A stretch of DNA of 64,000 bases from the NCBI GenBank assembly GCA_037129835.1, contig JBAXUE010000003.1, positions 87,275 through 151,274 on the forward strand, written 5' to 3'. Within the stretch, counting starts at the first letter, position 1, and each line of letters starts with the position of its first letter. A model generated the notes under the pieces. That model was not told where the DNA came from and made no database searches. It worked only from the letters and a program-made list of their open reading frames with translations. A program made the translations under genes and the position numbers. The DNA comes from a bacterium. Lineage in GTDB: Bacteria > Patescibacteriota > CPR2 > UBA1875 > CAIMLA01. This document shows, one piece after another, positions 57,774 to 64,000 of this stretch.

Positions 57774-59537
57774 ATGCTTGTTAAGGACGAAAACAAATTT
57801 CTAGACACTTTGATCGAGTTGAACTTGGTAACTCGAGAGCAGACAGAGCTAGTAAAAATAGAAAGTGCCAGGAGCGGTAACAACTATGAAGACGTACTTG
57901 TTGATCTTAAGTTACTGGGTGAAGAAGATATCGTCAAGGCAGAAGCTATAGCGGCGGGATTGGCGTATGTCAACTTAGCAAACTTCAAATTGCCAATAGA
58001 ACTACAGAAAGATGTAAGTAAAGAGATCGCTACCAAATATACTGCGGTGCCATTTGGCTTCACGGGCGAAGTTCTCAATGTCGCTATGGTTGACCCGAAT
58101 GATGTCCAGGCACTTGAGTTTATAGAAAAGAAAAGTGGTTTTCATGTACAGCCTTATCTTGCTTCGGAAACAGGCGTTAGTGGTGTTATTGGCCAATACG
58201 AGGATGCGGCGGATGAGGTATCAGAGGCACTGCAAAACTATGACACCGAGGCGGTTCCAAAGACAGAAGCCGTAGACCCAGAAGCTGGTGATCTTATCCA
58301 AGATGCGCCAGTTACTAGGGCGGTTAACACGATTATCGAATACGCCGCTAGGGCAAAGGCTTCAGATATCCATATTGAACCCAGAGAAAAAACAGTTAAA
58401 GTGAGGTATCGCATAGATGGTATCTTGCACGAAACCATGGATTTGCCGATTCATATTCATACAGCACTAGTTTCTAGGATAAAAATACTATCAAATCTGA
58501 AGATTGATGAGCATCGCATACCTCAAGACGGCCGTTTTGGCACCACAGTGGATAAGAGGCCTATTGATATGCGTATTTCTATATCTCCGACTGTATTTGG
58601 TGAAAAGGTTGTAATCCGTCTTCTTGATAAATCGGCGGGAGTTATCACTCTAGATAAGCTTGGAGTCCGCGGGCGCGCTTTTAAGATTATCGAGGCAGGA
58701 GCATTGAGACCTCATGGAATGGTGCTTTCGACAGGGCCTACCGGTTCTGGTAAGTCTACTACGCTCTATGCACTGCTAACAGTAATGAATAAGCCCGATG
58801 TAAACATTATTACCTTAGAGGATCCAGTTGAGTATCAGGTAGATGGAGTAAACCAAATCCAGGTGAACACAGCGGTTGGGCTCACCTTTGAATCTGGGCT
58901 ACGCTCTATATTGCGTCAAGATCCGGATGTAATCATGGTTGGTGAGATACGCGATGTACAAACTGCTGGCCTTGCTGTCCAGTCTGCTCTTACGGGGCAT
59001 ACCGTACTGTCGACTCTACATACCAATAGTGCAGCTGGTGTACTCCCAAGACTTCTTGATATGGAGATAGAGCCTTTTTTGATAGCTTCAACTGTCAGCA
59101 CCGTTATCGGTCAAAGGCTAGTTAGGAAGATTTGTGATGATTGTAAGGAGCAATACGAAGCCTCGCCAGCAGTCGTAGACAGTATTAAGAAGGCCCTTGA
59201 GGGGCTGTTGCCTAGTCATACTGGGCAGACAATGTCTCCCGAAGAATCTGGTTACAAGGATTTACCATTTGTCGAAGATGATACATTTCCACTATATAGA
59301 GGAAAAGGATGCCCCACTTGTAACAATAGTGGATACAAAGGTCGTGTCGGTATCTACGAAGTATTTGCCGTTAGCGACCGCTTAGAAAAGCTCATTGTCG
59401 GTCATGCCACTAGCTCAGAGATACAAGAAGTGGCCGTAAAAAACGGGATGGTTACGATGAGACAAGATGGATTTTTGAAGGCTTTAGAAGGCATCACTAC
59501 GATTGAAGAGGTTATTTCTAAAGCGACAGAAGACTAG
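57774..59537 (+). CDS. pilB: type IV pilus assembly ATPase
   Basis: ASDIHIEP, GPTGSGKSTT, LRQDPDVIMVGEIRD, tetracysteine motif. Confidence 0.93.
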   Translation: MLVKDENKFLDTLIELNLVTREQTELVKIESARSGNNYEDVLVDLKLLGEEDIVKAEAIAAGLAYVNLANFKLPIELQKDVSKEIATKYTAVPFGFTGEVLNVAMVDPNDVQALEFIEKKSGFHVQPYLASETGVSGVIGQYEDAADEVSEALQNYDTEAVPKTEAVDPEAGDLIQDAPVTRAVNTIIEYAARAKASDIHIEPREKTVKVRYRIDGILHETMDLPIHIHTALVSRIKILSNLKIDEHRIPQDGRFGTTVDKRPIDMRISISPTVFGEKVVIRLLDKSAGVITLDKLGVRGRAFKIIEAGALRPHGMVLSTGPTGSGKSTTLYALLTVMNKPDVNIITLEDPVEYQVDGVNQIQVNTAVGLTFESGLRSILRQDPDVIMVGEIRDVQTAGLAVQSALTGHTVLSTLHTNSAAGVLPRLLDMEIEPFLIASTVSTVIGQRLVRKICDDCKEQYEASPAVVDSIKKALEGLLPSHTGQTMSPEESGYKDLPFVEDDTFPLYRGKGCPTCNNSGYKGRVGIYEVFAVSDRLEKLIVGHATSSEIQEVAVKNGMVTMRQDGFLKALEGITTIEEVISKATED

Positions 59538-59597
59538 GCATAGAGTTAACAATCCAAAATATATATGATATTCTAGATAAAGAAAATAGGAGGGTCA

Positions 59598-60662
59598 ATG
59601 GTAGAACTTAAAATAGAGAATCTGCTCGAGGAAGTGGTTACGAAACATGCTTCGGATTTGCATATCTCGGTAGGGGTACCACCGATGTTTAGGATAGACG
59701 GTGCCTTGGTCCCCGCAGATGACATGGGACCGCTTGCATCAGCAGATGTAGAAAAAATAGTATATTCCGTGATGGATGATATACAGAAAGATATACTCGA
59801 AAAAGACAAAGAAGTTGACTTTTCTTTTTCATTTGGAGATGTGGCAAGATTTCGTGCAAATGCCTTTCATCAAAAAGGAAATCTGGGTTTGGCTCTGAGA
59901 ATTATTCCCAACAATATCCTTACTTTATCTGAGCTTGGCATGCCACCCATCATAGAGCAATTCGCTAATATTCCCCGGGGCCTAGTGCTAGTAACTGGAC
60001 CGACAGGTTCGGGGAAGTCTACTACTCTGGCTGCAATGGTAGATAAGATAAACACAGAAAAAAGCGTCCACATTATTACGATTGAAGATCCAATCGAATA
60101 TACCCACTCACACAAAAAAGCACTTATTGACCAGAGAGAAGTCCATTATGATACTAGGTCTTTTGGTGCTGCGCTACGGAGTGCACTTCGTGAAGATCCA
60201 GATGTTGTTCTTATTGGTGAGATGAGAGACCTAGAGACTATCTCTGCCGCTATCACAATCGCAGAAACGGGACATCTTGTTTTGGCAACACTGCATACAA
60301 ATACTGCCGCCCAATCTATAGACCGTATGATTGACGTATTTCCTCCATATCAGCAACAACAAGTACGTGTTCAGCTTTCAAACATTTTGCAGGGTGTCGT
60401 CTCACAAAGGCTGATACCTGCCATTGGTGGTGGTCGTCTTGCGGCTGCAGAAATCATGGTTGTTTCGCCGGCAGTTAGAAATATTATACGAGAAGGCAAG
60501 ACACATCAGTTAGATGCCGTTATCCAAACTAGCGCGGATCAGGGCATGATCCAAATGGACAAGTCTTTGGTAAATTTAGTAAATTCTGGTTCAATAACTG
60601 CAGAAGAGGCGCATGGATATTGTGTTGACCCCCATGAGTTTGATAGACAACTTCATGGCTAG
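59598..60662 (+). CDS. pilT: type IV pilus retraction ATPase
   Basis: ASDLHI, GPTGSGKSTT, LREDPDVVLIGEMRD, AVRNIIRE. Confidence 0.95.
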   Translation: MVELKIENLLEEVVTKHASDLHISVGVPPMFRIDGALVPADDMGPLASADVEKIVYSVMDDIQKDILEKDKEVDFSFSFGDVARFRANAFHQKGNLGLALRIIPNNILTLSELGMPPIIEQFANIPRGLVLVTGPTGSGKSTTLAAMVDKINTEKSVHIITIEDPIEYTHSHKKALIDQREVHYDTRSFGAALRSALREDPDVVLIGEMRDLETISAAITIAETGHLVLATLHTNTAAQSIDRMIDVFPPYQQQQVRVQLSNILQGVVSQRLIPAIGGGRLAAAEIMVVSPAVRNIIREGKTHQLDAVIQTSADQGMIQMDKSLVNLVNSGSITAEEAHGYCVDPHEFDRQLHG

Positions 60663-60670
60663 GAGCTAGA

Positions 60671-61873
60671 TTGAAAGAATTTTTTTATAGTGGCAAAAAC
60701 CATGACGGAGAAATCCAAAAAGGTTCGATAGAGGCAGAAAACGAAGAAGGGGCCGCTAAGTATCTTAATGATCACAATATTTATCCCATCCGGATATCAG
60801 AGAAGAATAAAAACACTTTTGGGCTAGCTATTCTCAATCATGTTTCAGCCAAAGAAAAGGTTTTCTTTATCCGTCAGCTTTCTACTACCATAAGCGCAGG
60901 GTTGCCAGTTTCTCAGGCGCTAGTAACCCTTTCTGAGGGTTCAAAAAAAGGACCATTACAGGATATCGTCACGCAAATAGTTCGTGACGTAGGCGGAGGC
61001 TCGACATTAGCAGATGCATTTGGTAAATATCCGAAGCTTTTTAATGTCATAGATGTCACTTTGATCAAGGCTGGTGAGAGTAGTGGTAGTTTGGACGCTG
61101 TGCTTTCTCGTTTGGCAGATAGTACGGAGAATGAATATCGTATCTCGAGTAAGATTCGGGGGGCTATGGTCTATCCGGCCTTTGTTATAGTTTTAATTAT
61201 GGGTGTGCTGGTGGTGATGAACTACTTTGTTTTACCAAAAATGAAAGAATTATACGCTTCTTTTGGTAAAGCCAAGCTTCCAGCAGTGACACAGGGGTTG
61301 ATGACAGCAAACGAATTTACCACGAAGTATTGGTATATTATGATAGTGCTTATCATCGGTCTTATCGTACTCTTTCGTTGGTATTTGACTACAAGTGCTG
61401 GGCGGCATCAATATGATTATTTCAAGCTGATTATGCCAGGCTTTGGAAAGTTTTTCCAAAGTGTGTATATGAGTCGCTTCACTCGTACTCTCGCAGGTCT
61501 TATTAGTTCTGGTGTATCTATTCTAGACGCCTTGAGGATAGTGACCAATGCGACTGGTAATGTCGTCATCGCTGATGAAATACGGAAAGTAATCCCCAAG
61601 GTCAAGGCAGGGACACCGCTTTCGAAGCCTCTTAAAGAAAGTCCAAACTTTCCTCCTATTGTTTCGCAAATGGTGGGAATAGGCGAAGAGACAGGTGATA
61701 TAGATAAGATGTTGACAAATCTGGCCAACTATTTTGATGACGAAGTTAGTAGTTTTGTATCCGCCATCACTAGTGTTATTGAGCCGTTTATCATCATCAC
61801 CCTCGCTGGTATCGTCGGCTTTATTCTGATCGCTGTAATGTTGCCGATATATCAGTTTGGGAGTGTCTTGTAG
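60671..61873 (+). CDS. pilC: type IV pilus platform protein (GspF family)
   Basis: RQLST...AG, GESSG.L, AMVYP, GEETG, EP. Confidence 0.93.
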   Translation: MKEFFYSGKNHDGEIQKGSIEAENEEGAAKYLNDHNIYPIRISEKNKNTFGLAILNHVSAKEKVFFIRQLSTTISAGLPVSQALVTLSEGSKKGPLQDIVTQIVRDVGGGSTLADAFGKYPKLFNVIDVTLIKAGESSGSLDAVLSRLADSTENEYRISSKIRGAMVYPAFVIVLIMGVLVVMNYFVLPKMKELYASFGKAKLPAVTQGLMTANEFTTKYWYIMIVLIIGLIVLFRWYLTTSAGRHQYDYFKLIMPGFGKFFQSVYMSRFTRTLAGLISSGVSILDALRIVTNATGNVVIADEIRKVIPKVKAGTPLSKPLKESPNFPPIVSQMVGIGEETGDIDKMLTNLANYFDDEVSSFVSAITSVIEPFIIITLAGIVGFILIAVMLPIYQFGSVL

Positions 61874-61901
61874 TTGACATACGATATAGTATATATATAA
61901 T
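61874..61901 (+). promoter_or_regulatory. sigma70 promoter of the pilin gene
   Basis: TTGACA-N16-TATAAT. Confidence 0.65.
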
Positions 61902-61928
61902 AATTATTAGAAATATATAGGAGGGGAT

Positions 61929-62417
61929 ATGAATAAAATAAGCAAAACAGCTCAAAAAATGGGTTTCACTCTAGCAGAACTTATGGTAGTAATAGCACTC
62001 ATGGCAGTGCTTGGGACACTGATAGCCGGAGCTATACGGCTCGCATCAGATAAAGCAAAGGTCACAGCTCATCAAACAAACGCAAAAATGATTATTGCCG
62101 CTCTCGAAGACGGAAATTCAAAGTTTAGAGTATTCTGTGGCACCAATATGCCCACTTGCAGTGCTACTACCGCTTTGACTACCATTGGGACAGGGACTCA
62201 AGTATCTTTTACGGCAGCCGCTAAATCTATGGGACTTGAAGCTAGACTAACTCAAACTTCTGAATGTTCAGGCACAACTGCTGGCGGTGGCGTAATAGCT
62301 GCTGATAGTTATAGGTATTATGTATTAACTGCTGACGCAGCATGTACAAAGAAAATTAATGGCGCAGTCTTTGGAGATACAGTCATAGACCCAGTCAATG
62401 ATACTATTAACTTCTAA
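61929..62417 (+). CDS. type IV pilin (probable major pilin)
   Basis: G|FTLAELMVVIA prepilin motif, four Cys, own promoter, strong Shine-Dalgarno and terminator. Confidence 0.88.
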   Translation: MNKISKTAQKMGFTLAELMVVIALMAVLGTLIAGAIRLASDKAKVTAHQTNAKMIIAALEDGNSKFRVFCGTNMPTCSATTALTTIGTGTQVSFTAAAKSMGLEARLTQTSECSGTTAGGGVIAADSYRYYVLTADAACTKKINGAVFGDTVIDPVNDTINF

Positions 62418-62426
62418 ATTATATAT

Positions 62427-62454
62427 AAAGAGCGCGAAGGCGCTCTTTTTTTTT
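62427..62454 (+). terminator. terminator after the pilin gene
   Basis: AAAGAGCGC-GAAG-GCGCTCTTTTTTTTT. Confidence 0.8.
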
Positions 62455-62480
62455 ATCCCAGATTATACTAGAATAGTATT

Positions 62481-63359
62481 ATGATATTTATAATTATAAT
62501 ATTTTTGCTCGGTCTAGTTATTGGTAGTTTTATCAATGCCCTAGAGTATCGGATTACCGAAAAAAAAACTATGGCTGGACGTTCTTTTTGTCCTCATTGC
62601 AAGCACCAGCTTGCCTGGTATGATTTATTCCCGCTTCTTAGCTTTGCTTTTCTCGGCGGCAATTGCAGATATTGCAAAAAGAAGATATCTTGGCAATATC
62701 CTTTGATAGAGCTTATTACTGGGATTACGTTCGTCGGCGTCTTGCTAGCGTCACCATTTGCTACTCTCTATGATTTTACTAAAGTAGCCTTAGATTTGCC
62801 GATATTATCTCAGAGCTTAGCCTTGTATCAAGAAAACTTTTTCTTGATTTCTGGGATTAAGCTATTTCTGACCTTGATTGTATTCTCGGTTCTAGTACTT
62901 GTCGCGCTTCATGATGCTAAGACGGGATACATTCTCTCGACGTATGTCTACGTAGCGGCGGCTATGTCTTTTGTTATCATTATCCTAGCCTTCTCGGGAG
63001 GAGCCGATATGACCAATATTATTAGCTACTTTTTTCCCTATCTCTGGAGCGCCATTGTGCCTGCAAGCATCTTTTTCTCTCTTTACTTTTTTTCTAAAGG
63101 GAAGTGGATGGGGGCTGGCGATAGTGAGCTCGCGGTCCTTATGGGACTTGTTCTTGGGTACCCCTTGGTAATTGTTGCTTTCTACGTCACCTTTATTGTT
63201 GGTAGTGTCTGGTCACTTATTCAGATATATATTACAAAAAAAGCTAAAATGAGGTCTGCAATACCTCTGGGGCCCTTTATGGTTCTCGGGATCTTTGTAG
63301 CTTATTTCTACGGACAACAAATGATCGATTTATACTTTAAAATGTTTTTGGGGGCCTGA
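62481..63359 (+). CDS. pilD: prepilin peptidase
   Basis: GSFINA, RSFCPHC...CRYC, MGAGD, IPLGPF. Confidence 0.93.
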   Translation: MIFIIIIFLLGLVIGSFINALEYRITEKKTMAGRSFCPHCKHQLAWYDLFPLLSFAFLGGNCRYCKKKISWQYPLIELITGITFVGVLLASPFATLYDFTKVALDLPILSQSLALYQENFFLISGIKLFLTLIVFSVLVLVALHDAKTGYILSTYVYVAAAMSFVIIILAFSGGADMTNIISYFFPYLWSAIVPASIFFSLYFFSKGKWMGAGDSELAVLMGLVLGYPLVIVAFYVTFIVGSVWSLIQIYITKKAKMRSAIPLGPFMVLGIFVAYFYGQQMIDLYFKMFLGA

Positions 63360-63363
63360 GCAA

Positions 63364-64000
63364 ATGAAGAGGAGGGAGGGGTTTACTTTGTCTGAGCTGA
63401 TGGTGGTGATGGCCATTATCGCTGTACTTACTTCTCTTGGAGGCTTTTTTCTCCAGGATATCTATAATAGCTATATGGCGGACCAGGGTGCACAGGATGT
63501 ATTGGGTGCGATCCGTGATGTTCAGAACAAGAGCCTCACAATCAAAGATGGTAAAAAGGTTTGGGCGGTTTCGATAAGTGCAAAAAAACCGGGTTCTCTC
63601 CCCACAGTAGGAGGGGAGATAAAGATCCTCTCATATAATAATACTATATCTGCCCCGACTATATTAATAGCCGACCCACCTTCAGGGATTCGCCAGATCG
63701 CGGCAAATTCTGTTACCCTGGTCACCGGAAGTACTTTACCAACTACTCCAGCTTCATACGTAGAACCAACCGACCACTTTGTTTTTTCATTCAGTGCTCC
63801 CTTTGGGCGCCCGAGTTTTTATCGAGGGTCAACTACGGGGATTCCACTGGACGATTGTGCTGTCGCTATACCGATAGCAGATTGTAAATGGGAAAGAGGT
63901 GTCGGTTTTCTAGGCGAGTGGGTGCTAAATCCAGACCCGCTTGTTCCTCTCGACAGCGCGTATAAAATAATTGACGGTCCAGACGCATTAATTAAAATTA
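63364..64000 (+). CDS. minor pilin/pseudopilin, truncated by the window end (absent from the ORF track)
   Basis: MKRREG|FTLSELMVVMAIIAVL prepilin motif. Confidence 0.85.
   Translation, partial: MKRREGFTLSELMVVMAIIAVLTSLGGFFLQDIYNSYMADQGAQDVLGAIRDVQNKSLTIKDGKKVWAVSISAKKPGSLPTVGGEIKILSYNNTISAPTILIADPPSGIRQIAANSVTLVTGSTLPTTPASYVEPTDHFVFSFSAPFGRPSFYRGSTTGIPLDDCAVAIPIADCKWERGVGFLGEWVLNPDPLVPLDSAYKIIDGPDALIKI

Noticed and set aside
55290-64000. Type IV pilus locus without pilQ as a novel system
   Set aside because: Expected for monoderm CPR bacteria, and the locus runs off the window edge.

Overview
Code-11 bacterial chromosome segment that looks like CPR/Patescibacteria (inferred from the sparse metabolism, Lys/Ala-rich tails on S6 and S20, a type IV pilus locus with no secretin in the window, and a giant FN3/Ig surface protein). 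Most of it is housekeeping: dnaG-rpoD-polA, lexA-recA-recX, rpsT, holA-mutM, yajQ, ftsK, truB-rpsO-pnp, RNase J, rpsF-ssb-rpsR, efp, tlyA, ychF and pilMNO-pilB-pilT-pilC-pilin-pilD. Six things stand out. (1) An unassigned ~430-nt, GC-rich, heavily base-paired intergenic element at 33000-33470 has its own promoter and terminator and is a candidate large ncRNA. (2) Several REP-like palindrome families occur between genes and also in-frame inside polA, truB and hemW. (3) A 23-codon hydrophobic peptide gene missed by the ORF track has a perfect sigma70 promoter. (4) An accessory block of ABC importer, acyl-CoA-ligase-like enzyme, orphan membrane protein and Cys-tailed peptide sits next to a 3177-aa surface protein. 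(5) The lexA promoter carries a candidate non-canonical LexA operator overlapping a DnaA box. (6) Many genes look leaderless. All calls come from reading motifs by eye; no database search or folding program was run.
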